This document shows positions 29,085 to 39,352 of a DNA stretch of 64,000 nucleotides, piece after piece; position 1 is the stretch's first letter, and each line of letters begins with the position of its first letter. The notes beneath the pieces were generated by a model, which saw nothing but the letters and a program-made list of their open reading frames with translations, was not told the DNA's origin and made no database searches. Source of the DNA: Dehalococcoidia bacterium (GTDB taxonomy: Bacteria; Chloroflexota; Dehalococcoidia; UBA2979); assembly GCA_965219085.1 (NCBI GenBank), contig OZ244720.1:2912001-2976000 (forward strand), given 5' to 3'. The translations under genes and the position numbers were made by a program.

Positions 29085-31931
29085 GTGCCTCTCGACGTCT
29101 CCGGCCGCCCCGACCTGCTTGTCATCCTCGACTCGCACGGGATCATCTACCGCTCGTACTTCGCGCTGCGCGACAGCTTCGCCAGCACCGTGCGGCGCAC
29201 CGGTGAGCCGGTGTGGGCGGTCTACGGCTACGCCAACTCGCTGCTCTACGTGCTCGATGAGTTGCACCCGACGCACATCATCGCGGCCTGGGACGGCCCC
29301 GGGCCGACCTTCCGCCACGAGGCCGACGCCACCTACAAGGCAACGCGGCAGCCGATGCCGGACGACCTCAAGCCGCAGGTGAGCCGCGTCCGCGACGTGC
29401 TCGACGCGTTCCGCATCCCTGTCGTCGAGGCGCCCGGCTACGAGGCCGACGACGTGCTCGGCACGCTCGCCCGGCAGGCGGTCGCCGCGGGCATCGAGAC
29501 GGTCCTCGTGACCCTCGACCACGACATGGTGCAGCTCGTGCAGCCGGGTGTGAAGGTGCTGATGTACCGCCCGTACCAGCGCGACTACGTGCTCTACGAC
29601 GAGGAGCGCGTGCGCGAACGCTGGGGCTTCAACCCCACGCAGATGACGGACTACAAGGCGCTCGTCGGCGACGCCACTGACAACATCGCGGGCGTGAAGG
29701 GCATCGGTGAGAAGGGCGCGAAGGCGCTCATCGAGCAGTGGGGCACGCTCGAGGCGATGATCGAGCACGTCGACGAGCTCAAGCCGCCGCGCGCGCAGAA
29801 GGCCCTCGCGGCCCAGCAGGACGAGGCGCGTCACTACAAGCACATGGCCACGATCGTGACCGAGACGCCGGGCGTCACGCTCGACCTCGGAGCCTCGCAA
29901 GTGCACGACTACGACCGCGCGGCCGTGCTGAAGCTGTTCCAGGAGCTCGAGTTCCGCTCGCTCGTGAGCCGCCTGCCCCAGCACGCCGACATGGCCGACG
30001 CGCCTGACGGCGCCGAGCAGGCCGAGGGCGCCATCACGCGCGGCGGCGACTACGAGCTGGTCACCACGCCGGAGCGCCTCGCCGAGGTTGTCGAAGCGGT
30101 GCGCGCGGCGGGCCGGTTCGGCTTCGACGTCGTCGCCGACGACGATCACCCGATGCGCGCCGCGTTCGGCCTCGTGGGCGTCGCGCTGAGCGTCGAGGCC
30201 GGCAAGGGGTGGTACGTGCCGTTCGGGCACACCCACGAGCCGCCCCCGCCGTCCGAGGGACAGCAGGAGTTGAATCTCGACGCCTCGAACGGTGCGGAGC
30301 CGCTGCCGCCACTGGACCAGCTCCCGCGCGACGCGGCGCTCGCCGCGCTCGCTTCGCTGTTCACGGACCCGGACATCGAGCGCGTCGCCCACCTGGGCAA
30401 GAACCACATGCTCGCGCTCGGCTCCGCGCCGGGCGGCTTCTGGACGGCCGGCATCGACTTCGACACCTCGATCGCCGGCTACGTGCTCGGCGAGCGCAGC
30501 GTCGAGGTGCGCGGGCTCGCCTTCGAGCGGCTCGGGCACGAGCTGGTCGAGGAGAAGGCGCTGCTCGGCACGGGGCGCAAGGCCATCCCCTTCTCGCGCA
30601 CCGCGCCCGAGGACACCCGCGACTACGCCGCCGGCAACGCGGACGCGGCACTCCGGCTCGCCGACGATCTGCGCCCGGAACTCGAGGCGACGCAACTCGA
30701 CCGCGTGTTCACGGAGATCGACCTCCCGCACATACCCGTGCTCGCGCGCATGGAGCAGCGCGGCCTCGCCGTCGACCGCGAGGCCCTCGGCATCCTCGGC
30801 GCCGAGCTCGCCGAGGAGGTGGCGACCGCTGAGCACGAGGTCTACGAGGCTGTCGGCCACGAGTTCCAGATCGGCTCGCCGCAGCAGCTCTCGCACGTGC
30901 TGTTCGAGGAGCTTGAGCTGCCCAAGACGCGCAAGACCGCGACGGGCTGGACCACCGACGCGAACGCCCTCGAACCGCTGCGCGGCTCGCACGACGCCGT
31001 TGCAGCGGTGCTGAAGTGGCGCGAGCTGACCAAGATCAAGTCGACGTACGTCGACACGTTGCCGTTGCAGGTCAACCCGCACACCGGGCGCGTGCATACC
31101 GTGTTCTCGCAGACCGTCGCGGCCACGGGCCGGCTCTCCTCGAACGACCCGAACCTGCAGAACATCCCCGTGCGCACCGAGGTCGGCAACGCGGTGCGCA
31201 GCGCGTTCGTCGCGCGCGACTGCGGCGACGACCCGCTGCTGCTGTCGTTCGACTACTCGCAGATCGAGTTGCGCATCCTCGCGCACGTCTCGGGCGACGA
31301 GGAGTTGCGGACGGCGTTCCACAACGGCGAGGACATTCACCGCGCGACCGCATCGCGCGTGTTCGGCGTGGCGGAGGGCGACGTCGACGCGGAGATGCGG
31401 CGTCGGGCGAAGGTGTTCAACTTCGGCGTGCTCTACGGCCTCACCGCCTTCGGGCTCTCGCAGCGCGAGGGCATCCCGCGCGACGAGGCCGAGGAGTTCA
31501 TCCGCGCCTACTTCGAGGCGTACCCGTCGGTGGCGCAGTGGCGTGACGACGTGGTCACCGAGGCGCGCGACCGCGGCTACGCCGAGACGCTCACGGGGCG
31601 CCGTCGCTACATCCCGGAGCTGCGCTCGCGCAACCGCAACCGGCGGATGGGGGCCGAGCGCATCGCGATCAACATGCCGATCCAGGGCACGGCCGCCGAC
31701 ATCATCAAGATCGCCATGAACGATATCGACGAGGAGCTGATCGAGCACCGCAGGCGCGGCGGACTCGCGCACATGGTGCTGCAGGTCCACGACGAGCTGC
31801 TCTTCGAGCTGCCTCGCGACGAGTTGGAGCCGGTGCGCGAGATGGCGTCGCGGCTCATGCCCTCGATCGAGCTTGCCGTCCCCCTCGACCTCGACGAGAA
31901 GTCGGGGCGCTCGTGGGGCGAGATGGAGTGA
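29085..31931 (+). CDS. polA: DNA polymerase I
   Basis: 5' nuclease EADDV and GVKGIGEK; polymerase TGRLSS, DYSQIELR, KVFNFGVLYG, QVHDEL. Confidence 0.97.
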   Translation: MPLDVSGRPDLLVILDSHGIIYRSYFALRDSFASTVRRTGEPVWAVYGYANSLLYVLDELHPTHIIAAWDGPGPTFRHEADATYKATRQPMPDDLKPQVSRVRDVLDAFRIPVVEAPGYEADDVLGTLARQAVAAGIETVLVTLDHDMVQLVQPGVKVLMYRPYQRDYVLYDEERVRERWGFNPTQMTDYKALVGDATDNIAGVKGIGEKGAKALIEQWGTLEAMIEHVDELKPPRAQKALAAQQDEARHYKHMATIVTETPGVTLDLGASQVHDYDRAAVLKLFQELEFRSLVSRLPQHADMADAPDGAEQAEGAITRGGDYELVTTPERLAEVVEAVRAAGRFGFDVVADDDHPMRAAFGLVGVALSVEAGKGWYVPFGHTHEPPPPSEGQQELNLDASNGAEPLPPLDQLPRDAALAALASLFTDPDIERVAHLGKNHMLALGSAPGGFWTAGIDFDTSIAGYVLGERSVEVRGLAFERLGHELVEEKALLGTGRKAIPFSRTAPEDTRDYAAGNADAALRLADDLRPELEATQLDRVFTEIDLPHIPVLARMEQRGLAVDREALGILGAELAEEVATAEHEVYEAVGHEFQIGSPQQLSHVLFEELELPKTRKTATGWTTDANALEPLRGSHDAVAAVLKWRELTKIKSTYVDTLPLQVNPHTGRVHTVFSQTVAATGRLSSNDPNLQNIPVRTEVGNAVRSAFVARDCGDDPLLLSFDYSQIELRILAHVSGDEELRTAFHNGEDIHRATASRVFGVAEGDVDAEMRRRAKVFNFGVLYGLTAFGLSQREGIPRDEAEEFIRAYFEAYPSVAQWRDDVVTEARDRGYAETLTGRRRYIPELRSRNRNRRMGAERIAINMPIQGTAADIIKIAMNDIDEELIEHRRRGGLAHMVLQVHDELLFELPRDELEPVREMASRLMPSIELAVPLDLDEKSGRSWGEME

Positions 31932-31961
31932 GCGCGGCCGAGCCACCGGCACGCCCGACCG

Positions 31962-32792
31962 ATGCCTGAACTCCCCGAAGTCGAGACGATCCGCCGCGAC
32001 CTCGAGCCGGTCGTCACCGGCCGCCGCATCGAGCACGTCACGATCCACGCTGGCGCGGAACGCGTGGCGATCACACACGCGCCGCGCGAGCTCGAGGCCC
32101 AGCTCGCGGGCCTGCGCATCGAGGGCCTCGGGCGGCACGGCAAGTACCTGCTCGTGCACCTCGACGACGACCGCACGTGGGTGGTGCACCTGCGCATGAC
32201 CGGCCTGCTGCTGATCCGCCCGCACCTCGAGGCGCCCGGGCGCTTCGAGCGCGCGCGCATCGACTTCGACGACGGCACCGGCCTGCGGTTCGAGGACTCG
32301 CGCAAGTTCGGCACGTGGCACCTCGTCGACGACCCGCGTGAGGCGTTCCCGCGCGCCGGCCCGGACGCGCTGTCCGAGGAGTTCACGGTGGCCTGGCTGC
32401 GCGGTGCGTTGGAACGTCGCAGCGTGCCAATCAAGACGGCGCTGCTCGACCAGCGCGTCGCGGCCGGCGTGGGCAACATCTACGCCGACGAGGCGTTGTG
32501 GCTGGCCGGCATCAACCCGCGTGCCGCGTCGAACAGCATCGGGCCGAGGCGCGTGCGACGGTTGCACGGCGCGGTGCAGCAGGCACTCCTCGACGGCCTC
32601 GACGACCGCGGCAGCTCGTTCGACCGCTACCGCGACGCGTTCGGGAAGAGCGGGGGGCACCACCTGCGCGTCCACGTCTTCCGCCGCGACGGTGAGCCGT
32701 GTGAGCGGCCGCGCTGCCGTGGTCGGCTGATCTCGCACACGCGCATCGGTGGGAGGGCGACTCACTACTGCGCGAGTTGCCAGCGCCTCTAA
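31962..32792 (+). CDS. mutM: Formamidopyrimidine-DNA glycosylase
   Basis: MPELPEVE, HLRMTG, GVGNIYADE, C-terminal Zn finger. Confidence 0.96.
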   Translation: MPELPEVETIRRDLEPVVTGRRIEHVTIHAGAERVAITHAPRELEAQLAGLRIEGLGRHGKYLLVHLDDDRTWVVHLRMTGLLLIRPHLEAPGRFERARIDFDDGTGLRFEDSRKFGTWHLVDDPREAFPRAGPDALSEEFTVAWLRGALERRSVPIKTALLDQRVAAGVGNIYADEALWLAGINPRAASNSIGPRRVRRLHGAVQQALLDGLDDRGSSFDRYRDAFGKSGGHHLRVHVFRRDGEPCERPRCRGRLISHTRIGGRATHYCASCQRL

Positions 32793-32954
32793 TTGACGTA
32801 ACGTCCTATTCACGACAGAACAAGCCGTATTTGGCTGCATAACGTGCCGGTTTCGCATCGAGGCAGCCCTCAACTACATAACTTACATGACATAGCGCGG
32901 CTGGTTGTCTGCGCTGCGCCGTCGCTGGTACGGTGCCGCAGGGCGGGGTGCCCT

Positions 32955-33863
32955 ATGACCGTGGCCGTCTTCGGCATCGTTGTGCTCGCCATCATCGCGA
33001 TCGCGGTTGCGCACGCCGTTGGCGCGTACGTGCTGGCGCGCAGGATGACGCGCATCAGGCGCATACGCGTCACCGGCAGTCCGGCCGACATGTACCTGGA
33101 TCACGAGGACCTGACATTCGCTGCCGCCGATGGGCTGGCCCTGCGCGGGTGGTACCTCGCCAGCCCCGGCGCGCGCGCCTCGGTGGTGGTCGTCCACGAC
33201 GATGTGGGGATGCGGTCCGACCCGACCATCGGGCTGCTTGAGCTACAGCGGGACTACCTGCGCGGCGGCCTGAACGTCCTGAGCTTCGACCTGCGCGGCC
33301 GCGGTGAATCGAGCGGGCAGCACAATCAACTCGGGGCGGGCGAGCTCGCCGACGTGCTGGGGGCGGTGCGGTACGCGCAGCACCGCAGCGACGCGCCGCT
33401 GGTGTTGCACGGCTTCGGCACGGGCGCATCGCTCGCGCTCGCTGCGGCCGCGCGCGCTGGGCACGTGGCGGCCGTTGTGGCTGACTCGCCGGTGACGTCG
33501 ATGCGCGCCCACGTGCGTGGTCGCTACAGCCGTGTGCCGGCGCACCTCTTCGCGCTCGCCACGACGTTCGCGGGCTGGCGCTTCGATGCTGACATCGACG
33601 CCGTCGCACCGGCGCAGTCGATGGCGGCCATGGGGGACACACGGGCGTTGTTCGTGCATTGCGAGGACAACCGGGAGGCGCCGGTGGAGCACACGCTGAA
33701 CCTCGCGGCGGCATCGCTCAACGAGGCGGACGAGGTCTGGACACCCTACGAAGGCGGGCACTGCGGGGCCTACCGCACGACTCCCGCGGACTACATGCAT
33801 CGCTGCCTGCAGTTCATCGACCTCGCGATCCCGGCGCGTGTACCCGCCGCGCAGGCGGTCTGA
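32955..33863 (+). CDS. Membrane-anchored alpha/beta hydrolase-fold protein, nucleophile Ser absent
   Basis: N-terminal TM, DGLALRGW, FDLRGRGES, HGFGTG, VADSP, GGH. Confidence 0.75.
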   Translation: MTVAVFGIVVLAIIAIAVAHAVGAYVLARRMTRIRRIRVTGSPADMYLDHEDLTFAAADGLALRGWYLASPGARASVVVVHDDVGMRSDPTIGLLELQRDYLRGGLNVLSFDLRGRGESSGQHNQLGAGELADVLGAVRYAQHRSDAPLVLHGFGTGASLALAAAARAGHVAAVVADSPVTSMRAHVRGRYSRVPAHLFALATTFAGWRFDADIDAVAPAQSMAAMGDTRALFVHCEDNREAPVEHTLNLAAASLNEADEVWTPYEGGHCGAYRTTPADYMHRCLQFIDLAIPARVPAAQAV

Positions 33864-33892
33864 CGAGCCACCGGGCGCGGTCGACGCCACCC

Positions 33893-34921
33893 GTGGCCAC
33901 CCTGCGCGACGCCATCACCGACGTGCCCGGCATCCGTGTCGGTCACTGGACGTACCGCCGAGGCGCCACCGGCTGCACTGTCGTGCTCTCGCCGGCGGGC
34001 GCCGTCGGCGGCGTCGACGTGCGAGGCGCCGCCCCGGGCACGCGCGAGACCGACCTGCTGCGCCCCGGGAACCTCGTCGACCAGGTGCACGGCATTCTGC
34101 TCTCGGGCGGCTCCGCGTTCGGACTCGCTGCCGCCGACGGGGTGATGCGCTACCTCGCCGAGCACGGCCACGGGCTGGCGTTCGGCGGAAACGTGATCCC
34201 GATCGTGCCGGGCGCGATCCTCTTCGACCTCGGCATCGGCACAAAGCGCGCTCCCGACTCGGACGCCGGATACCGCGCCGCCCGTCGTGCGACGCGCGGT
34301 CGCGTCGAGGAAGGCAGCGTCGGCGCCGGGACCGGCGCCACCGTCGCGAAGCTGGCCGGGGGCGACCGCGCGCTCAAGGGCGGCCTCGGCACGGCGAGCG
34401 AGCGCCTCGACGTCGGCGTCGTGGTGGGCGCGGTGGCGGCGGTGAACGCCGTCGGCGCCATCCGCGACCCGCGCACGGGTGAGGTGGTCGCAGCCCCGCG
34501 CGCGGATGACGGCGGCTTCGTGGACATCGACGCCCACCTCCGCACCGGCCGCGCCTGGCCCGAGCTCGTCGAGAACGACGAGGACGAGGGGGAGGCGCCG
34601 GGGCCCGAAACCCCGACGAACACCACCCTGGCCGTCGTCGCGACCAACGCGAAGCTCTCACGTGAGCAGGCGAACCGCCTCGCGACGGTGTGCCACGACG
34701 GGTTCGCACGCACGATCTGGCCCGCGCACTGCCGCGGCGACGGCGACGCGATCTTCACCCTCGCAACCGGCGACGTGGAGGTCGATCCCTACGCCTACAG
34801 CGCCCTCGAAGCCATGGCCACGAGGGCCGTCGAGCGGGCCGTGCTGCGCGGAGTGCGCCGCGCGACGGGCCTCGCCGGAGTGCCGTCGGCGAGCGATTGG
34901 CGGGCGCAACCCGGCTCATAA
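33893..34921 (+). CDS. Peptidase S58/DmpA (P1) family
   Basis: ITDVPGIRVGH, RGAAPGTRETD, GGSAFGL, NTTL. Confidence 0.9.
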   Translation: MATLRDAITDVPGIRVGHWTYRRGATGCTVVLSPAGAVGGVDVRGAAPGTRETDLLRPGNLVDQVHGILLSGGSAFGLAAADGVMRYLAEHGHGLAFGGNVIPIVPGAILFDLGIGTKRAPDSDAGYRAARRATRGRVEEGSVGAGTGATVAKLAGGDRALKGGLGTASERLDVGVVVGAVAAVNAVGAIRDPRTGEVVAAPRADDGGFVDIDAHLRTGRAWPELVENDEDEGEAPGPETPTNTTLAVVATNAKLSREQANRLATVCHDGFARTIWPAHCRGDGDAIFTLATGDVEVDPYAYSALEAMATRAVERAVLRGVRRATGLAGVPSASDWRAQPGS

Positions 34922-34986
34922 CGCACGAGTTTGGCGCGTCCACCGGATCTGCCACCGCCAGGCTTGCATCCGCGCATATACTGTCC

Positions 34987-35165
34987 GCCAATCGCACCAG
35001 CACACCGCGCGGCGATCGGCGCCGCGTCCGGGGGTGCGATGGCGTTCGATCCGATAGCACTCGGACGGAGCAGAAATGCACCCTCTCCGCACCGCCGCCG
35101 GCCGCAGCGGGCGCGCGCAGCGCCTTGATGCTGCAGCCCCCAGCCGCGTGAGCATGGGGGGTAGC
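34987..35165 (+). promoter_or_regulatory. Structured 5' leader of panDBC (candidate pan RNA motif)
   Basis: TATACT at 34977, then hairpins at 34991-35040, 35050-35065, 35066-35089 and 35130-35165. Confidence 0.45.
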
Positions 35166-35167
35166 CA

Positions 35168-35533
35168 ATGATCCGCAATCTCCTCAACGCCAAGATCCAC
35201 CGGGCCACCGTGACCGAGGCCGACCTCCACTACGAGGGGTCGATCAGCATCGACCGCGACCTCATGGACGCCGTCGACATCGTCGAGCACGAGCAGGTGC
35301 ACGTCGTGGACGTCACCAACGGTGCGCGCCTCGAGACCTACGTGATCGAGGCGCCTCGAGGGTCGGGCGAGATCCAGATCAACGGCGCGGCTGCGCACCT
35401 CGTGCACCCCCGCGACCTCATCATCATCATGTCGTACGTCGGGGTGCCCGACGAGCAGGTACACGAGCACCAACCGCGGATCGTGCTCGTCGACGAGCAC
35501 AACCGCGTCGTGGAGCCCGCACTCGCGGGCTAG
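35168..35533 (+). CDS. panD: Aspartate 1-decarboxylase
   Basis: [12 protein letters not shown] pyruvoyl cleavage site, [14 protein letters not shown]. Confidence 0.96.
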   Translation: MIRNLLNAKIHRATVTEADLHYEGSISIDRDLMDAVDIVEHEQVHVVDVTNGARLETYVIEAPRGSGEIQINGAAAHLVHPRDLIIIMSYVGVPDEQVHEHQPRIVLVDEHNRVVEPALAG

Positions 35534-35548
35534 GGGAGGGGCGAGGCG

Positions 35549-36484
35549 ATGACGGGTGCGGCCCGACGGATCACGATCGCCGACCTGCAGCGCATGCGGA
35601 AGCGGCGCGAACCCATCACGATGATCACCGCGTACGACTACCCCACGGCGCGGCTTGTCGATCAGGCGGGAATCCCCATCATCCTTGTAGGTGACTCGCT
35701 GGGCATGGTCGTGCTCGGCTACGAGTCCACGCTGCCGGTGACGGTTGACGACATGGTGCACCACGGCGCCGCCGTGGTTCGCGGCGCGAAGCGCGCGCAC
35801 GTCGTGGTCGACATGCCGTTCGGCTCCTACCAGGGCACGCGCGAGGATGCCTTGCGCAACGCGGTGCGCATCATGCAGGAGACGGGCTGCGGCTCGGTGA
35901 AGCTCGAGGGCGGAGTGCGCTCGGCGCCCACCGTCGAGTACCTCGTGAGCGCGGGCATCCCGGTGATGGGCCACGTCGGCCTGACACCGCAGTCGGTCAA
36001 CGCGCTCGGCGGCTACAAGATCCAGGGTCGTACCCCGCGCGACGCCGTGCGCGTGCTCAACGACGCGAAGGCACTCGAGGATGCCGGCGCGTACGCCGTC
36101 GTGCTCGAGGTCGTGCCCGCTGGTCTTGCCGCCGGGATCACGGAGAAGCTCGTGATCCCCACCATCGGCATCGGCGCCGGGCCGTTCTGCAGCGGGCAGG
36201 TGCAGGTCGTGCACGACATGCTCGCGATGGACGACGACTTCACCCCGAAGCACGCACGCCGCTTCCTGGAAGGCGCCGAGGTCATCCGTGACGCGCTCGT
36301 CGCGTACCGCGAGGCTGTGGAGGCACGAACGTTCCCGACTGAGGACGAGTCGTTCTTCCTCGACAGTGCGCGGCGCGCCCGGGTTGAGGCCCGCATCGCG
36401 CAGCACACGGTCGACGCGGCGCATGAGGGCGTCGACGCCGAGGTCGCGATACTCAGCGCCGAGGGCGAGCCCGAGACGCTCTAG
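35549..36484 (+). CDS. panB: 3-methyl-2-oxobutanoate hydroxymethyltransferase
   Basis: TAYD, LVGDSLGM, VKLEGG, HVGLTPQ, TIGIGAG. Confidence 0.96.
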   Translation: MTGAARRITIADLQRMRKRREPITMITAYDYPTARLVDQAGIPIILVGDSLGMVVLGYESTLPVTVDDMVHHGAAVVRGAKRAHVVVDMPFGSYQGTREDALRNAVRIMQETGCGSVKLEGGVRSAPTVEYLVSAGIPVMGHVGLTPQSVNALGGYKIQGRTPRDAVRVLNDAKALEDAGAYAVVLEVVPAGLAAGITEKLVIPTIGIGAGPFCSGQVQVVHDMLAMDDDFTPKHARRFLEGAEVIRDALVAYREAVEARTFPTEDESFFLDSARRARVEARIAQHTVDAAHEGVDAEVAILSAEGEPETL

Positions 36485-36509
36485 TCCTCGCCACGGAGCG
36501 GACGGCCCG

Positions 36510-37349
36510 ATGATCGTCGCGCGCACGGTCGCCGAGTTCCGCGCGGCGCGCGCGGGTGTCCCGTCACCGCTGGGCTTCGTCCCCACCATGGGTTACCTGC
36601 ACGAGGGACACCTCGCCCTCGTCGACGCAGCGCGCGCCGAGTGCGCGACCGTGGCCGCGTCGATCTTCGTGAACCCCACCCAGTTCGGCCCAAACGAGGA
36701 CTTCGAGCGCTACCCGCGCGACGAGGACCGCGACCTCGAACTGCTTGATGGGGCAGGCACGGACCTCGTGCTCCTGCCTCCCGTCGAGGAGATGTACCCA
36801 CCGGGCGACGTAACTCGGGTGCGGGTCAGCGCGATCACCGAGGGGCAGGAAGGGGCTCGGCGTCCCGGCCACTTCGAGGGCGTCACGACAGTGGTCGCCA
36901 AGCTGTTCGGGATGGTGCAGCCCGACCGGGCGTACTTCGGCGAGAAGGACGGCCAGCAACTGCGCGTGATCCGGCGCATGACGCGTGACCTGCTGCTGCC
37001 GATCGAGATCGTCGCGTGCCCGACCGTGCGCGAGCCGGACGGGTTGGCGCTCTCCTCGCGCAATGTCTACCTGGGCGCCGAGGAGCGTACGCAGGCGCTC
37101 TCGCTGTCCGCGGGGCTGCGAGCGGCCTCGCAGGCGTTCGACGGCGGGGAACGCGACGCCGGACGGCTGCGCGCGATGGTCCGCGAGCGCATTGAGGCGC
37201 AGCCCATGGCCGACATCAGCTACGTGTCGCTCGCCGACTCGGAGACCCTCGAGGAACTCGCGGGGGTGGTCGAGCGCGCGGCGATGCTGTCACTCGCGGT
37301 GCGCTTTTCGGGGGCGACGCTGATCGACAACGTCACGCTGGAGCCGTAG
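36510..37349 (+). CDS. panC: Pantothenate synthetase
   Basis: VPTMGYLHEGH, SIFVNPTQF, RPGHF, FGEKD, LSSRN. Confidence 0.96.
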   Translation: MIVARTVAEFRAARAGVPSPLGFVPTMGYLHEGHLALVDAARAECATVAASIFVNPTQFGPNEDFERYPRDEDRDLELLDGAGTDLVLLPPVEEMYPPGDVTRVRVSAITEGQEGARRPGHFEGVTTVVAKLFGMVQPDRAYFGEKDGQQLRVIRRMTRDLLLPIEIVACPTVREPDGLALSSRNVYLGAEERTQALSLSAGLRAASQAFDGGERDAGRLRAMVRERIEAQPMADISYVSLADSETLEELAGVVERAAMLSLAVRFSGATLIDNVTLEP

Positions 37350-37444
37350 CGGCGCTCCGGGAGGCCTCGCGGCGGCTGCCGGGAGCCGACCGGGGCGCTA
37401 CCATGGCGTGCAGACGTTCTGCATAGCCCACGGGGAGGCGGCAC

Positions 37445-38197
37445 ATGTCCGGTCACTCCAAGTGGTCGTCGATCAAGCACAAGAAGGCGGCCACAGACGC
37501 GAAGCGCGGCAAGCTGTTTACCAAGCTCGCACGCGACGTCACGATGGCGGCCCGCTCCGGCGCTGACGCCGATATGAATCCGGCCCTGCGTCTCGCCATC
37601 CAGAAGGCGCGCGACAACAACATGCCGAACGCCAACGTCGACCGCGCCATCCAGCGCGCCGTTGGTGGTGGTGATGGCGTGGTACTCGAGGAGATCACGT
37701 ACGAGGGATACGCGCCGGGCGGCGCGGCGGTGCTGATCCAGGCCGTCACTGACAACCGCAATCGCACCGTCGCCGAGATCCGCACCACGCTCACCCGCGG
37801 CGGCGGCGCCATGGCCGACAGCGGCTCGGTCGCGTGGCTCTTCGACCTGCGCGGCCTCATCGCCGTCGAGATCGGCGACGACGACCCGGACGAGATCCAG
37901 CTCGCCGCCATCGAGGCGGGCGCCGAGGACGTCTCCGCCGACAACGAGATGGTCGAGGCGATCACGGATCCGAGTGACCTCGAGGCCGTGCGCGAGGCAC
38001 TCTCGGAGGCGGGCTACACCGTGACCACCTCCGAGATCGCGCAGGTGCCGAAGAACGTCATCACCCCCACCGACCAGGTTGCCGGGCAGGCGCTACGGCT
38101 CCTCGACGCTCTCGACGAGCTCGACGACGTGTCGCGGGTGTACTCGAACGTCGACTTCAGCGACGAAGTGCTGGCTGCGGGCGGACTGGTCGGGTAG
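37445..38197 (+). CDS. yebC: YebC/PmpR family protein
   Basis: MSGHSKW, YEGYAPGG, TDNRNRT. Confidence 0.95.
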   Translation: MSGHSKWSSIKHKKAATDAKRGKLFTKLARDVTMAARSGADADMNPALRLAIQKARDNNMPNANVDRAIQRAVGGGDGVVLEEITYEGYAPGGAAVLIQAVTDNRNRTVAEIRTTLTRGGGAMADSGSVAWLFDLRGLIAVEIGDDDPDEIQLAAIEAGAEDVSADNEMVEAITDPSDLEAVREALSEAGYTVTTSEIAQVPKNVITPTDQVAGQALRLLDALDELDDVSRVYSNVDFSDEVLAAGGLVG

Positions 38198-38209
38198 CGT
38201 CCGCCGCCG

Positions 38210-38722
38210 ATGAGCGACACTGCGCACCGCGTGATCGGCATCGACCCCGGCCTCGCCGCGACCGGCTACGGCATCATCGCCGGTGATCCGCGCGCCGCCG
38301 AGGTGCTGACGTACGGCGTGATTCGCACTCGCAGCCCCCGCCCACGCGCCCTCAGGCTGCTGACCATCCACGAGCAACTGGCAGAACTCATCGCCGAGCA
38401 CCGCCCAGCGGAGATGGCTATTGAGGAGCCCTACGTAGCAGCTAACGTTCGCTCCGCCTTCGCTATCGGCGAGGCACGCGCGGCCGCGATGATCGCGGCA
38501 GCTGCGCACGGTGTCGAGGTGTTCCAGTACCAGTCGACGGCGGTGAAGGCGGCTGTGGCTGGCTACGGCGGCGCATCGAAGGAACAGGTGCAGGCGATGG
38601 TGGCGATGCAGCTCGGCCTCGCCGTACTCCCGGAGCCGCTCGACGCCGCGGACGCGCTCGCTCTTGCATTGACACGGCTGGCGGAGGCGGCGCTCGAGTC
38701 GCGGATAGCTGGCCGGTCGTGA
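38210..38722 (+). CDS. ruvC: Holliday junction resolvase
   Basis: IGIDPG, GEAR, VKAAVAGYG, DAADAL. Confidence 0.93.
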   Translation: MSDTAHRVIGIDPGLAATGYGIIAGDPRAAEVLTYGVIRTRSPRPRALRLLTIHEQLAELIAEHRPAEMAIEEPYVAANVRSAFAIGEARAAAMIAAAAHGVEVFQYQSTAVKAAVAGYGGASKEQVQAMVAMQLGLAVLPEPLDAADALALALTRLAEAALESRIAGRS

Positions 38723-39342
38723 TCGCGGCGCTGCGCGGTGAGCTCGTGCGCTGGGACCCGGAGCGGTCCGCGCTCTGGATCGACGCCGCCGGCGTCACGT
38801 ACGAGGTCTATATGCCGGCTTTCTCGGCGGACTGGGCAGCCTCGCACGCCGAGGGCGAGGAGGTGCGCGTCTTCACGTACCACCACGCCACGGAGCGCCA
38901 GCCCGTGCCGACGCTCTACGGCTTCGCCCACCTCGCCGAGCGAGAGTTCTTCCGCAAGTTCATCGATGTACCCGACGTGGGACCGGCCAAGGCGGTGCGT
39001 GCGCTCACGTACCCCATCTCGGAGATCGCCGGGTGGATCGAGGCCGAGGACCAGCGCTCGCTGCGCCAACTGCCGGGCATCGGCGAGCGACTCTCCCAGA
39101 CCATCATCGCCCACCTCCACGGCAAGCTCGTGCAGGAGGCGTTGCTGCGCGACGCGATCGACGCCGGTCGCGGCGGCGCCACCGTCGACGTCCGTGACGA
39201 CGCCGTCGACGCCCTCGTCGCCCTCCAGTACCCGCGCCGCGAGGCGCAGCGCGTGGTGGCGGCCGCGCTCGCGGAGGAGCCGGGGCTGGTGACGCTGGAG
39301 GCGGTGTTGCGGTACGTGCTGGAGCGGCGAGGCGGCAGCTGA
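38719..39342 (+). CDS. ruvA: Holliday junction branch migration protein A
   Basis: MIAALRG, LYGF, two HhH motifs, C-terminal DALVALQY; follows ruvC. Confidence 0.88.
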   Translation: MIAALRGELVRWDPERSALWIDAAGVTYEVYMPAFSADWAASHAEGEEVRVFTYHHATERQPVPTLYGFAHLAEREFFRKFIDVPDVGPAKAVRALTYPISEIAGWIEAEDQRSLRQLPGIGERLSQTIIAHLHGKLVQEALLRDAIDAGRGGATVDVRDDAVDALVALQYPRREAQRVVAAALAEEPGLVTLEAVLRYVLERRGGS

Positions 39343-39352
39343 CGCGGCCAGG

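Noticed and set aside
21806-32873. Very long antisense ORFs (e.g. 21806..25027, 28887..32873; also 43932..45911, 50175..52379)
   Set aside because: These are shadow frames of real genes in high-GC DNA, with no recognisable motifs.
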